A stretch of DNA of 59,996 nt, filler included, from Squatina squatina (taxonomy: Eukaryota), in assembly GCA_031763465.1 (NCBI GenBank). It is 4 parts of 3 records of this genome, joined end to end, with 100 filler letters (N's around TTAATTAATTAA, not from the genome) between each part and the next. Parts side by side here need not be neighbours in the genome. Positions count along the whole stretch, not along the records: positions 1 to 18,492 come from JARFOE010000004.1; positions 18,593 to 31,505 come from JARFOE010000234.1; 2 more parts are not named here. One strand, given 5' to 3'. Numbering within the stretch: position 1 is the stretch's first letter; every line of letters starts with the position of its first letter. The position numbers were made by a program, and so were the translations under genes. Below, one piece after another: positions 13,253 through 27,220 of this stretch. Below the pieces are notes generated by a model. The model saw only the letters and a list, made by a program, of their open reading frames with translations. It made no database searches and was not told where the DNA came from.

Positions 13253-14769
13253 GGCTGGAATTCCGTCCAGGTAGGCGGGTAAGGGGGTCTCCAATCGTGG
13301 GGGTTGGGCTAGGTAGTGACCCTGGATCCAGGAGGTAGGTATAAAGCCACTTAGCTCCTGGATGCAGCAGTCCCCACCTCTGTTCAACTGCTGAGTTTCA
13401 CAAATTGTGTGAAACCTGTCTCCATGCAATTAAACACAAAATGGAGGGGAAAAAAGAGGCTTCCAGCCATATTACCATATTTAAGTTGCAGCAATGTCCC
13501 CTGGGAGTGGGTTGGTCGCCTGCCACCATACCCCGGTTTCGGTAAAACTGGAAGTGGCTGGGTTGGAGGCGAGATCGGGTCAGGAATCTCATTTGTAACA
13601 ATTTGACTGCCCCACGCTCCAAACCCAACTGTTTTTTTGGGGGGGAAAATTCAGACCAATGTTTATTCTACAGCAACTTTATAGAAACTTACTGAATTTC
13701 CTCTTAACCTTCTGTCATTTCCAAGATGGCCTCTATAATGTTTGGCCATGCTCCTGGTTAGACTTTCTGAACAGACTTCCAACAGTTGTCCGTACAAGTC
13801 CCCTCCGTCTGTAGCACAGAGCTGACTCAGCTCGTCCCAGCTTGGCCAGCCAACCAGACTCCAGTATTTCCTTAGAAGTGTTCACTGCCGGGGACACTGG
13901 CTCAGAATGCAATGTATTCTCGGNNNNNNNNNNNNNNNNNNNNNNNNNNNNNNNNNNNNNNNNNNNNNNNNNNNNNNNNNNNNNNNNNNNNNNNNNNNNN
14001 NNNNNNNNNNNNNNNNNNNNNNNNNNNNNNNNNNNNNNNNNNNNNNNNNNNNNNNNNNNNNNNNNNNNNNNNNNNNNNNNNNNNNNNNNNNNNNNNNNNN
14101 NNNNNNNNNNNNNNNNNNNNNNNNNNNNNNNNNNNNNNNNNNNNNNNNNNNNNNNNNNNNNNNNNNNNNNNNNNNNNNNNNNNNNNNNNNNNNNNNNNNN
14201 NNNNNNNNNNNNNNNNNNNNNNNNNNNNNNNNNNNNNNNNNNNNNNNNNNNNNNNNNNNNNNNNNNNNNNNNNNNNNNNNNNNNNNNNNNNNNNNNNNNN
14301 NNNNNNNNNNNNNNNNNNNNNNNNNNNNNNNNNNNNNNNNNNNNNNNNNNNNNNNNNNNNNNNNNNNNNNNNNNNNNNNNNNNNNNNNNNNNNNNNNNNN
14401 NNNNNNNNNNNNNNNNNNNNNNNNNNNNNNNNNNNNNNNNNNNNNNNNNNNNNNNNNNNNNNNNNNNNNNNNNNNNNNNNNNNNNNNNNNNNNNNNNNNN
14501 NNNNNNNNNNNNNNNNNNNNNNNNNNNNNNNNNNNNNNNNNNNNNNNNNNNNNNNNNNNNNNNNNNNNNNNNNNNNNNNNNNNNNNNNNNNNNNNNNNNN
14601 NNNNNNNNNNNNNNNNNNNNNNNNNNNNNNNNNNNNNNNNNNNNNNNNNNNNNNNNNNNNNNNNNNNNNNNNNNNNNNNNNNNNNNNNNNNNNNNNNNNN
14701 NNNNNNNNNNNNGGCTCGAGGGGCCGTATGGCCTGCTCCTGTTCCTATTTCTTATGATCTTAGATGGTA

Positions 14770-15090
14770 CACACTGCAACTACGTTGTGCCGGTGGTGGA
14801 GGGAGTGAATGTTTAAGGTCGTGGAAGGGGTGCTGATCAAGCGGGCTACTTTGTCCTGGATGGTGCTGAGCTTCTTGACTGTTGTTGGAGCTGCACTCAT
14901 CCAGGCAAGTGGAGAGTATTCCACCACACTCCTGACTTGTGCCTTGGGAAGTCAGGAGGCGAGACACTCGCCACAGAATACCCAGCCTCTGGCCTGCTCT
15001 TGTTGCCACAGTATTTATGTAGCTGGTCCAGTTTCTGGTCAATGGTGATCCCAAGATATTGATGGTAGTGGATTTAGCGATAGTAATTCT
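14770..15090 (-). mobile_element. LINE (CR1/L2-type) ORF2 C-terminal fragment, second family
   Basis: ORF 14752-15054 contains WTSYINTVATRAGQRLGILWRVS, the W..HI..A.Q.LG.L.R motif of the post-RT region. Probable 3' ends of the same family lie at 1-45, 18355-18492 and 30205-30290. Confidence 0.8.
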
Positions 15091-15661
15091 CTACATAGAT
15101 ACTGCCCCGCCTGCTGAGCGTTTCCAGAATCTTTTGCTTTTCTTTTAGATTTCCAGCATCTGCAGCTTTTTGCTTTTTGGACATTAAATCCTGTTTCGCT
15201 ACTATGATTTCTACCTACCCTAGCATCTGCGTCCAGTCACAAATGGATCTTTCATTGGGTGTCCACCATTGCGCACGCATATTAGCTGACCCTTTAAAGC
15301 AAGTGCATGTGGTGGGCGTAATTGCACATCTGCTGTAGTTCCACCAGCGTGTTAGCCTAGAGAAAACCTAGATCTGATCTCTTCAAGAAAATCTTTATTA
15401 ATGGCTGACAACACTGATAATATACACTAGTCATTTTATTTAGTGAATTACTTTAGAGCCTACTTTTGTTTTGTAGATATCATGTTCAACATTTTAGCTT
15501 TATCAAAACATGGAATATTTATCCAATTATGTCTACATCATGTGAAGATTTTTTAAATGCGGTGCAAAAGAAAAAGGGGCAGTGATAGCAGAACAGAATA
15601 CTAATGCTGAACAATAAAACCAGTATTTGTTAATGTTTCTCTTGAATTTGTGTTTTCCCAG

Positions 15662-15745
15662 GAAATGCACGAGTGAGAGGGCAAGCAGGGCTTCTCTCTG
15701 AGCGCCGAGGGTCGTACCCAGTCATTGATTTTCGCCTGCTGAATA
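15662..15745 (+). CDS. PDE7B: Phosphodiesterase 7B internal coding exon (84 nt, phase 1 to phase 1)
   Basis: Acceptor tgtgttttcccag|GA and donor AATA|gtaagt. Translates (G)NARVRGQAGLLSERRGSYPVIDFRLLN(S/T). Recalled human PDE7B is GDIRLRGQTGVRAERRGSYPFIDFRLLNS; PDE7A has RRGSHPYIDFRIFH. Not in the ORF track. Confidence 0.92.
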
Positions 15746-16072
15746 GTAAGTACTAACAAAACTCATGAGACAAAGGCCCATAGAGTCCAGAGTCTCTATT
15801 CACAGGACAGTCGCTGCTGTTTTTGCTGAATTCCTGGAAGTGGATTTGCAGCAAAATTAAAGTAAGGAAGTTTACTGCCTGGCCATTCACCATAGATTTC
15901 CCTTTTAAAACAAAATTGCATCTGCATCGGAAATTGACTTCACTATTTGACCGCATGTATCCAATTACGTCGAGGCACTTAAAATATAAATTTAAATAAG
16001 AGATGTGTCCCATATATGAAATATAAATGGCAACTCTTCTGAAGAAAAACCTCTGGCCTGTGAGGTAATACA

Positions 16073-16535
16073 GAATCATAGAATTGTTACAGCACAGAAG
16101 GAGGCCATTCAGTCCAACGAGCCCGTGCTGACTCTCTGCAAGAGCACTNNNNNNNNNNNNNNNNNNNNNNNNNNNNNNNNNNNNNNNNNNNNNNNNNNNN
16201 NNNNNNNNNNNNNNNNNNNNNNNNNNNNNNNNNNNNNNNNNNNNNNNNTCAGGTGCTTATCCAGTTCCCTTTTGAAAGCCATGATTGAGTCTGCCTCCAC
16301 CACCCTGTCTGGCAGTGCATTCCAGATCCTGAACACTCGCTGAGTTAAAAAGCTTTTCCTCATGTCGCCTTTGGTTCTTTTGCCAATCACCTTAAATCTG
16401 TGTCCTCTATCAAGTTAGTTAAACATGATCATGCTGGCTTTTCTTAATTAATCCACACTTGTCTACGTGACTGTTAACCTTGTCCCTGATTATCATTTCT
16501 AAAAGCTTCCCCACTACCGAGCTTAAACTGACTGT
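16073..16535 (-). mobile_element. CR1 LINE 3' fragment
   Basis: ORF 16109-16390 has GDMRKSFLTQRVFRIWNALPDRVVEADSIMAFKRELDKHL. Tail agaatcatagaat at the left edge. Confidence 0.9.
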
Positions 16536-18492
16536 AGTTGCTGAGTTTATCCTTCTACCCTTTTATGAACAAGTAGTTGTGTATTGCCTCACATCTTCCA
16601 AATTACTCATGGGTTTAGCTTTTATTACCTCAACAGCTGGGGATTTTCTCTCAAAGAGAAGTACGTTTGGAAAGGGGTTGACCGCAGTTTGTCATCCTGA
16701 ATACCTTTACTAACTAAAATTTGGTTTGACCATCCCGTAGTTCATCTAATAAACGTCTTAAAGTGCTGTTCACGGAGAACCCAGTCAATGTTTCTTGTTT
16801 GGGAAAGGGGAAGCAAAGAAAGAGGGCTAGGTCATACAAACAGTAGGGATATTAGATCAGATAAACAGTAGGAAGCTAATGACTATGTTTAGGTCCATTT
16901 GTGGAAAATTAATGGGGAGCCCATGATGACTTTCACAGTGTCTATAGATCAGCCCTACAATTTACAGCTAATAATAGTTACTTGTGTTATTTTCAATGGT
17001 AGTGTACCATACTATATTAAATCAATAGTGAATTGAACACAAACACTTTTTTAAAAAAAAACACTGACTGTGTGTATAATCAGCAGAAACTGTTAGAATA
17101 TTGCTGGTCTGCTTTACAGCAAAGTGACGCTCATATTAATGTTGGCCCTGGCAGTGACATCCATACCAATGAACTCAATAATAGCAATCAGTTGTGTGTG
17201 ACAATTACTGTACTCTAATCCATTTTCAACCACATGCAATTCTTGGCTTATATGCTTTGAAGTGTAATTCTGGATCTTTCCAAATATCTTGGAAAATGTT
17301 CATGTCAAATAATCTCTGCTATTGGCAAAAGTACAAAATTAAAGCACTCGAATGATTAAAATCCATTTTCTATGCTGACTTTGTAGCATTCATATGCACA
17401 CAGCACTGTTGCACCTGTTTCCTGCTTTATGTAGTGCAAGCTTCAAATAGGAAAGCTTCAAAGAGAATGAAGCACACACATTGACTTTATTAAATTGCTG
17501 GAANNNNNNNNNNCTTTTGACGTATTAGAGGCTTTATTTGTTTTAGGTTGCTCAAAATGCAAATTTTCAATGTCCCATTTAAACAGCACCAACCAGATAT
17601 TTTTAATAACCTAAATTCCTTAAATTTGTAAGAAACAATTTTTCCGACTTTGCATGCATTATTATATTTAATTTCTGCATAACATGTTAACTATCTATCA
17701 AAAAGCCACTTTAAGTGGAATTCCTCTACGCATTATGTATTGTGAACTCTTAAAAGCATTCACTTTCACAGTTTCACTACATGTACTATATGGACGACGT
17801 CTTCCCTTATTGCATCTCAAAATATGAAAATGTCTAACATTTTTTATTTCATTAAAATGTTATGATGTCAAGGAAGATTATTTTGGACTAAATTGTTTAA
17901 AAAGCTTTGCAAAAGTTCAAGTCCATATTTCAGAAGACTATGACTTTCTCTACTTTCTGTGCCTGCCTCCCTCTTTCTATCTCCAATAGTTGTTCGGGTC
18001 CCAAGTGTAATTAACATGGATAGTGTTCAGTCCAGTTCCCAGCAGGTTTCAAGCACAAAACTGCAAATCACATTTTGAAAAGCCATGAAGCTGGCTACTG
18101 TGATATATAAAAATGTCAGAGTGATGCAAACGAGTATAAGTTTGGGGTTACAGATGGCACATTGATGAGATAGTGTAAAGTGAGCCTTATCCTGTATGGG
18201 ACGCATGCTGTACCTGAACAAGGTCGCTTAATGCTTACGATAGTTCCTAAAAAATGGAAAATGCCTTATCCCACAGCATTCTATACATGTATGGATTTCA
18301 TTGCATTTCAGCACAACACATGCTAATGGCATCAGATTTATTTATTTATATTTGTTCCTGGGATCTGGGCGTTACTGGCAAGGCCAGTATTTATTGCCCA
18401 TCCCTAACTACCCAGAGAAGGTGGTAATGAGCCACCTTCTTGAACTGTTGCAGTCCTTGTGGAACTCCCACAGTGCGGTTGGGAGGGCGTTC

Positions 18493-18592
18493 NNNNNNNN
18501 NNNNNNNNNNNNNNNNNNNNNNNNNNNNNNNNNNNNTTAATTAATTAANNNNNNNNNNNNNNNNNNNNNNNNNNNNNNNNNNNNNNNNNNNN
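18493..18592. other. Artificial scaffold-concatenation spacer (N44-TTAATTAATTAA-N44)
   Basis: TTAATTAATTAA (stops in all six frames) at 18537-18548, centred in exactly 100 nt. Gene content differs on the two sides. Confidence 0.97.
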
Positions 18593-18978
18593 CCCTCATC
18601 CAAATCATTGGGCTGGGGCCCAAGCACTGATCCCTGCGATACCCCACTAGTCACAGCCTGCCAATCTGAAAATGACCCATTTATTCCTATTCTCTGTTTT
18701 CTGTCTATTAACCAATTCTCAATCCATGCCAGTATATTACCCCCAATCCCATGTTCACCACCCTCCTGTGGGACCTTATCAAAAGCTTTCTGAAAATCCA
18801 AATACACCACATCCACTGGTTCCCCCTTTTTTATTCTACTAGTTACATCCTCAAAGAACTCCAATAGATTTATCAAACATCATTTCCCTTTCATAAATCC
18901 ACATTGACTCTGTCCAATCTTATTATTGTTTTCTAAGTGTCCTGTTACCACATCCTTAATAATAGATTCTACCATTTT
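18593..18978 (-). mobile_element. CR1 LINE reverse transcriptase fragment (internally deleted)
   Basis: ORF 18541-18876: NLLEFFEDVTSRIKKGEPVDVVYLDFQKAFDKVP..WIENWLIDRKQRIGINGSFSDWQAVTSGVSQGSVLGP. Confidence 0.93.
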
Positions 18979-21051
18979 CTCTAGAATGGCCTCTTTCTGT
19001 GCTGGAGACTTCTATGATTCTGTGATTTACAACAGTGACTACATTTCAAAATTGCTGTCAAGCACTTTGGGATGTCCTGAGGTCCTGAAAAGTCTGTATA
19101 AATCGCAAGCCTTTCTTTTCTTTACACAAAACTCTACAATAGAGCAGAGCTTCAGGCATTATCGCATCCTGTATATATTTCAATATTATTACACCATTAA
19201 ATCTGCCTAAGATGAACACTACAGGGACTGATTTTAAATGTCTTCAAGACAGATTGCGGTTGCAATCACTGTGAGAATGAATTGGGTTGGAGAAACCTTT
19301 TTTTTGTTAAATAAAATATCAAGGAAATGCTGACAGAACGACTTTCTCTGTATTTTCCAGTTCCTGGGCCAGCTCAGCTCCGCCGTTGTTAATCTACATT
19401 TGGGAGGTCACTGTGTTCAAAGATGACCCTGAGGTGGGTTTCAGTGTTGGTGATAATGGGCAGGTTCATGGTACAAGACAAAATGTAGTGCGTTAAGCCT
19501 TGCCAGCTAACCTGCAGATAATTATGAGTTTGCCGGGATGAACTCATTGCATTTCAACCTTTATCAGTCAACAGTGAAATAAAATGTTCAATAAACCATG
19601 AATTTTAAGTACCTCTTTAAAAAATGACCATCACCAGGATAACGTTCANNNNNNNNNNNNNNNNNNNNNNNNNNNNNNNNNNNNNNNNNNNNNNNNNNNN
19701 NNNNNNNNNNNNNNNNNNNNNNNNNNNNNNNNNNNNNNNNNNNNNNNNATCAAACCTGAAGCCTCTTGTATTGGTGATACTGCTCTTTCTTCCCTTTCTA
19801 ATGAGTCCCATTATGAAGGTTCACGCGCCAAAGATCGATAACATCCTGAATAGAACTGACACAAACCGTAAAAGCAGCATGCGCGATCAATAATGCACAG
19901 CTTGTAAAGCACAAGGTACAGAATGAAAATTCAGCAGGAAGTCAGTGCAGGGCAGTCTGGTAATGACAACTGTTTTCTGGCTGCAGTTATAGTTCCAAGG
20001 AATCAGATAGCGTCAGCATCTTGGCCCACATCCTCACTGTGAGTATAAATCTCTACGTACAGCCCATCAAACCTGTTCCAGAATTTTGTTAACTATAGCA
20101 GTTCATTATCCTTTCAGTCCCAATCCTGGACCAATTTTCCCCTCGGTGTCAGGTTGGCTCAGTGTGTTGCACTCATAGTACTGCAGCCTCTGAATGAGAA
20201 GATTGTGGTTTTAAGCCCCGAGTCCAGGGTTTATAAGCCCCAGGCTAACATTCCAGGGCAGTCCAATGTTGCAGACGGGATATGAAACCACCGTCCAATC
20301 CTGTTCAGGTAAATATTGTAGANNNNNNNNNNNNNNNNNNNNNNNNNNNNNNNNNNNNNNNNNNNNNNNNNNNNNNNNNNNNNNNNNNNNNNNNNNNNNN
20401 NNNNNNNNNNNNNNNNNNNNNNAACCAATTTTTTTTTTTTAAAAATGAATCGGGCACATAACACATGTGACACTAACAATAAAATCAAGGCCAAATATTA
20501 AGGGCTAATACTATTCTCTATTCAAAGTTTTTACACAAGGTGCCATAAGCAGATATCCAACAGGGAGCTTGCGGAGAGGAACTTGCACCTTCCAATACGT
20601 AGGCAGGAGCTTTTACCCCTTTCACATACCAATTAGAAAGTACATGGTATCCTTCAAAGCCTTTATTGAGTTACGAGGCACTTCTGCTTCTATTAGGAAC
20701 CTCATCATTCAATGTTCTGTATAATTTCAGGTTTACAAGATGAATGTAAGGGATTCCAGCAAATGAATCTGTGCAATTTAATAGGTTTTTTTTTACAGCG
20801 CAGTTACGTGCTGTCTGAACGGATCAGTACATAGTTGTAAATTACAGAGCCTTTTCCACAAATGTATTTTGTGCCAGACCTCAGATTCTTAAGCAGCCTG
20901 ACAGCTACCTCAAGCAGCAAAAACACATGCTTAGTGAAGGAATCAGTATTACTTCTCCCTACCAGGGTCGAATGAACCAGAATATGAGAAACGACTAGAC
21001 ATAGACTGCTGCAAAATATTAGGCCCAATTTTAGCTCCACCCACGCCAGGC

Positions 21052-21323
21052 TAGGGTGACCAGATGTCCCGGTTTTGCCGAGACAGTCCCAGTTTTTGAG
21101 GGAGTGTCCCGACACTTGCCTCAAAATTGATCAAATGTCCTGGTTTTTCGTGCCCACTCGACTGCGCATAAGTCCCAGCGAAGAAAGCACTGCGCATGCA
21201 CAGTTCCGGCAAACAGCGGCCTGTGCATGCGCAATATTGGTGAAGATTGGACTGCGCAGTTCCGGCAAAGAACGAACTGCGCATGCACAGACCGATTGTC
21301 CCAATATGGGACTCTTCCGATCT
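21052..21323 (+). mobile_element. hAT (Blackjack/Tip100-like) non-autonomous element, left end
   Basis: Starts TAGGGTGACCAGATGTCCCG, the recalled Blackjack-type TIR. Repeated GTCCC subterminal motifs and repeated ACTGCGCA(TG) units follow. Runs into a gap. Confidence 0.7.
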
Positions 21324-22235
21324 NNNNNNNNNNNNNNNNNNNNNNNNNNNNNNNNNNNNNNNNNNNNNNNNNNNNNNNNNNNNNNNNNNNNNNNNNNNNN
21401 NNNNNNNNNNNNNNNNNNNNNNNTCTGGATAAGTTGTTTCCAACTAAAATAAATTTTCAATCAAGGTTAAAAATAAGAGAGCCCCATCTGGTAGCATCCA
21501 TGTTAATTCCTGTATCCGTGTGACTGAGGGCAGTGTTCCAACAGGCACATTTGCCAACATTTGGAACAATGCACTGAATGATCATTTTTAGAAAGTTAGG
21601 AACATAATTGCAAAGGCTTTTCAATGGCCACTCACGAATTTAACTCTAAACTGGGCCATTAAGCCTTTATCGGGAAAGGCATAGAAGTGCACCAAATTGC
21701 TTTGGAGTGATGCCAAGGATGTCGATATAACAAATGAGCACAATAGATGCATAAGCAGTTGTCAATCCCTGTGTCAAATGGGGACCCTTCCTAGGGACGA
21801 GCACTTGACTGAATTCTAGCCTTTTAACTCATTGTCATTCATCTACTGTCCTATACTAACTTACTAGAACAGTTTCCAGTATTTTATTCCAGCAGGTCAG
21901 TTCCTTGTAATTAGAGTTTCTTTTATTGGATCATTTTACCACCCACTGTGACAAACATAATGTTCAAAAAGCATAAAGTGGATTATTCATAACAACAGAG
22001 AACCTCAAGAAATCATAAGGTGACAGCAATGTAATTTTACACAGACACAGCTTTAGTCGTCTAAATAAGCTCAACATTTTTAGACTATTTACAAAGTACA
22101 GTTTAAAAATACTAACACTCACAGAGTTCTTATGTNNNNNNNNNNNNNNNNNNNNNNNNNNNNNNNNNNNNNNNNNNNNNNNNNNNNNNNNNNNNNNNNN
22201 NNNNNNNNNNNNNNNNNNNNNNNNNNNNNNNNNNN

Positions 22236-22520
22236 CCAGAGGGCTGTAGATGATGAGTCTCTGAGTATATTCAATGCTGAGATGAATAGATTTTTGGACT
22301 CCTGGGGAATCCAGGGATATGGAGATCGGGCAGGAAAGTGGAGTTGAGGTCGATGATCGACCATGATCTTATTGAATGGCGGAGCAGGCTCAAGGTGCCG
22401 TATGGCCTACTCCTGCTCCTATTTCTTATGTTCTTAGGTCGCAGAGCAGCCACGATCTCATTGAATTGCAGAGCAGGCTCGAGGGGCTGAATGGCTTACT
22501 CTTGATCCTATGTTCCTGTT
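22236..22520 (+). mobile_element. CR1 LINE 3' end(s)
   Basis: QRAVDDESLSIFNAEMNRFLDSWGIQGYG, then a 3' UTR ending cctatttcttatgttctta. A second partial tail follows. Confidence 0.85.
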
Positions 22521-22529
22521 ACTTTGTTC

Positions 22530-22790
22530 ATATAGCACCTTTCATGACTTCAGGACGTCCCAAAGCACGTAAGAGCCAATTGCATTCTTTTTGAAGTGTA
22601 GTCACAGTTGCAATGTAGGAAACACATTAGCCAATATGTACACAGCAAGACTCCACAAACAGCAATGAGACAAATGACCAGATCCTCTGCTTTAGTGATG
22701 TTAGTTAAGGGATAAATATTGGCCAGGACACTGGGGAGAATCCCCTGATCTTCTTCAAAGTAGTGCCATGGAATCTTCTCTACATCTACC
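22530..22790 (-). mobile_element. 3' half of the Deu-type SINE (reverse orientation)
   Basis: gggataaatattggccaggacactggggagaa..ttcaaagtagtgccatggaatc is the reverse complement of the core of the 28106 element. Other tail fragments lie at about 19030-19120, 23665-23790 and 34255-34397. Confidence 0.8.
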
Positions 22791-23029
22791 CTTTTGAGCC
22801 CTTTCATAATTTTAAAGACCTCTATCAGGTCACTGCTTAGCCTTCTCTTTTCTAGAGAAAAGACCCCCAACATATTCAGTCTTTCCTGACAGTTACAACC
22901 TGTCAGTTTTGGTAACTTCCTTTGTGCATTTCTCTATTGCCTCTGTATCCTTTTTATGAGTATGGAGACCAGAAACGTACACAGTTCCAAGTGCGGTCTA
23001 ACTAAGATTCTCTGAAAGTNNNNNNNNNN

Positions 23030-23151
23030 GCGCAGACTCGGTGGAGAACTGACTGTGCGTGCGCAGACTCGGTGGAGAACTGACTGTGCGTGCGCGCAGA
23101 CTAGAAGGTAAGTTTGTCCCAGTTTTCAGTTTTAAATATCTGGCCACCCTA
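23030..23151 (-). mobile_element. hAT Blackjack-like element end with a 31-bp tandem duplication, nested in a CR1 fragment (about 22790-23180)
   Basis: Ends tctggccacccta (reverse TAGGGTGGCCAGA). Unit gcgcagactcggtggagaactgactgtgcgt occurs twice (23030-23091). CR1 sequence resumes after it (aagttcaacataacttctct). Confidence 0.65.
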
Positions 23152-24815
23152 TTTAAACCAAAGTTCAACATAACTTCTCTTATCGAGGCATAAGGAAACA
23201 TACATCTGTAAATTTATTTTTTGCAGTACCTCCTTCTTTCTCTGAGCAAGTATGGGTTCTAATCATTCTGTTCTACCTGTGCGCCTTTAAAGGTCACCGA
23301 TCAGCACTAAAATCCTATTCATTAGATAAACCCTGGCGTCCTCGCTTTCCATCTTAACAAGTTAATTACACCGCTATCAGATTCGCCTTCCAGGAACATC
23401 CACAGCTGACATTGTTTCGTGTTAAATTATTCAGAGTTGAAAGGAGCCATTGATTAGACCATGCTTCAGCACCATCAGGGCAAACGCCAGCATGAATATC
23501 TTGAGTGCTGCATTGGAATCTGAATTTATCTCAACGTTGGAGGGAAGTGGCAATGAAACCACCTTGTTCTGTAATGACAAGCGGCTCTCAATACGGCAGA
23601 TATAGAATGGAGAGTGGGGTGGGTGTGGGGAATTTTAGTTGTGCTGGTGCCTAACAAATAAAGAACAAACCTGTGTTTATATAATGACTTTCACAACCTC
23701 AAGACGTCCCAAAGCACTTTCCAGCCAATGAGGTGCAGTAAATTATTTTTAAATGTGTAGTTACTGTTGTAATGTAGGAAACGCAGCAGCNNNNNNNNNN
23801 NNNNNNNNNNNNNNNNNNNNNNNNNNNNNNNNNNNNNNNNNNNNNNNNNNNNNNNNNNNNNNNNNNNNNNNNNNNNNNNNNNNNNNNNNNATGGGACTGG
23901 AGCATGTTCACAGTAAGGAGCTTAACAAGATCCGGAGCAGGAAATCCTCCCTAATTTAGGGGACTGGGATCAATCGCAGTAACCCCTGAGCAGCAGCAGT
24001 TAACTCAACACTTGGGACCCTCTTGCTGGGAACATAGGAATTGCTAGACAAAAAAAAAGACCAAATTCCATCTAGCTCACCTTCGACCTGGTGATCAGTT
24101 GATACAACGATAGTTGAGTTGTTGATTAATCCTCGCAATCGGTCTCTATCAATTGGTCCACAACAGACCCAGAAAATAGGCAAGGAAAAGCCCAGTGGTG
24201 GAGAGCTTTGGGATCCATAGGTCCAAAGTCACTTGTTCCTCCCAAGCAATGTTACACTTACCACACGTCATGTCTCAAATTACTCATATATTGTATCTCA
24301 AAATGTTATGTTCTGATAGAAATCTATCTAATTTGCATTTGAATGAATCAATACTAACTCCCACCAGCTCCCTAAGGAGTCTGCTCCATAGATTTACCAA
24401 TTGCTCATTGAAATATCATTTCTGCAAATTAGTCTTGAATTTACCCCGCTTCAAGTGCAGGCTGTGCACTTGGATGGACAAGTTAAACAGATAGTCATAG
24501 TCTACATTATCTAATCAGTNNNNNNNNNNNNNNNNNNNNNNNNNNNNNNNNNNNNNNNNNNNNNNNNNNNNNNNNNNNNNNNNNNNNNNNNNNNNNNNNN
24601 NNNNNNNNNNNNNNNNNNNTAAGATGTGATGTCAGTAATGACCTAGAGTAACCTAGTGCAACAGAATAATAAAGAAAAAAAATTCATGCATTATTACATT
24701 TGCTTCTCTTCTGCAATGATCCTCGTCCGGCTTAAGGCTTAATTGTTAAGACCGTGACACCCTCCCCCGTCTCACCTCGAGGGGTATGTGCAGAGTGCAC
24801 AGAGTCCCATGTCAG

Positions 24816-25802
<987 letters not shown>

Positions 25803-26081
25803 TTACATCTATCATCATCCTTTTTTAAAAAAAACTTTTTCAACTTTCCCAAATTTCACAATTTGTTGCCTAAACCACTATAAATTTCAGGCTTTATTGA
25901 CTATGTGCAAGAAAATCCCACAAGGCCTGTTCATCCCATCGGCCCCACTCCACCCAGAGTCCGTGTATGATTATTCCAACGGGACCTCTTCTGCATCACT
26001 CCCTGCTGATCCTCTATTTCAAGAAACTCAACTTCCCTGAAAAGAATGTCAACGAGAGTGTCATTAGTATCTCCATAACCC

Positions 26082-26175
26082 TACAATATACAAGGGACAT
26101 AGAGGCACTGGAGAGGGTGCCGAGAAGATTTACAAGGATGATACCAGAAATGCAAGGTTGGTTCTCTTTTCTCTT
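26082..26175 (+). mobile_element. CR1 LINE fragment at contig edge
   Basis: YTRDIEALERVPRRFTRMIPEM is the CR1 post-RT motif. Confidence 0.8.
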
Positions 26176-27053
26176 NNNNNNNNNNNNNNNNNNNNNNNNN
26201 NNNNNNNNNNNNNNNNNNNNNNNNNNNNNNNNNNNNNNNNNNNNNNNNNNNNNNNNNNNNNNNNNNNNNNNNNNNTGAGATCATGGCTGATCTGATTCTG
26301 GCCTCAACTCCACTTCATTAAAAGACATTCTTTTTTTTTTAAAAAAAAGAAAAACAGGATGGATAAAATGTGATTCCTCCACAAACTGCGAACCCCCAGC
26401 CTCCAATGATTTCTGGCTTGTTAAAACATCAGAAAAGTGCTCTTTCCTTGAAATTTTGATTTTGGTTTAGTGCTTCCGTGTTTGGCGCATATCGTGGGCA
26501 GTCTGCTCTCAGTGTAGACCTCACACACGGAATCCCTCGTAACGCGGGAAACTGCCTGCTCCGGTGGCGACGGTGTACCCACAAAGCGAGATCCCTGGGG
26601 CCATTCAGCTTTCCAGGTGTAAAAGTGGTTAGGAGTTCCAGAAAATGAGCAGAGCTGAATTTAAAGCAAACCCCACAAGGCTATTCCGTAGAAGATGCGA
26701 CAACCTGGAGGCGCGTGTGCAGGAGATGGCTTGCTTCAGTGCGATCCAGGAGACACCAACAAATCAATGAATGAGCAAAGTGGTTCAATTGTGGCAAAAA
26801 TAACCACTTATATACCTATTTTACCGCCGCCACTAGATCTCCATCCTTTAATAGCGCATCTCAACAAAAAATAATCTTAAAACATGGGAATATTTAGGTA
26901 TAGACTTTTTTCTTTTAGTAGCGAGCATCAGGTTTAATAATAAAGTGGGCCACTTCTGACAAACGCCTACATCAATGCAGCTTTCAGGGCCAACTGAACT
27001 GCTGAAAGATGCCATGTTTTTTTCCTTCTGCGACGCTGAAATCTTTGGAGCGG

Positions 27054-27200
27054 TCAGATTGCTGTGCTCTTTAACAGGTGGACCTCTTCCTCACTTTCCT
27101 CGGGATCCTCCGCTATAGTGTTCAGTTGAACATGATTGACTCCGGATCTTGGTCTGCCATTTGAGCCATGTGACGGAGGATGTCGTTTTTTGTTATAATG
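27054..27200 (-). CDS. CLCN3: CLCN3 terminal exon, alternative (ClC-3B) frame ending in a class I PDZ ligand
   Basis: Translates [48 protein letters not shown]. Recalled human ClC-3B is HYNKKRYPPAYGPDGKPRPRFNNVQLNLTDEEREETEEEVYLLNSTTL*, same length. Confidence 0.85.
   Translation of the reverse strand, partial: HYNKKRHPPSHGSNGRPRSGVNHVQLNTIAEDPEESEEEVHLLKSTAI
27122..27199 (-). CDS. CLCN3: CLCN3 terminal exon, canonical (ClC-3A-type) frame; first ~13 nt and acceptor unrecognisable in this assembly
   Basis: Translates [25 protein letters not shown], the C-terminus of ClC-3/4/5 exchangers. Assigned to CLCN3 by the ClC-3B cassette exon and linkage to MFAP3L. Not in the ORF track. Confidence 0.88.
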   Translation of the reverse strand: MITKNDILRHMAQMADQDPESIMFN

Positions 27201-27220
27201 GAAAGGACAAAGGGAACAAA

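Noticed and set aside
13733-14836. Long ORFs spanning N blocks (also 27149-28188, 50685-51103, 55044-55602, 57520-58297)
   Set aside because: Their length comes from untranslatable Ns. The flanking residues are repeats or UTR.
18537-18548. TTAATTAATTAA as a piggyBac target or biological repeat
   Set aside because: It is always centred in N44 flanks and identical three times, so it is a synthetic linker.
21052-23151. Two inverted Blackjack-like TIRs as the ends of one 2.1-kb hAT element
   Set aside because: The flanking 8-mers differ (cgccaggc vs tttaaacc) and the right end is nested inside a CR1, so these are separate insertions.
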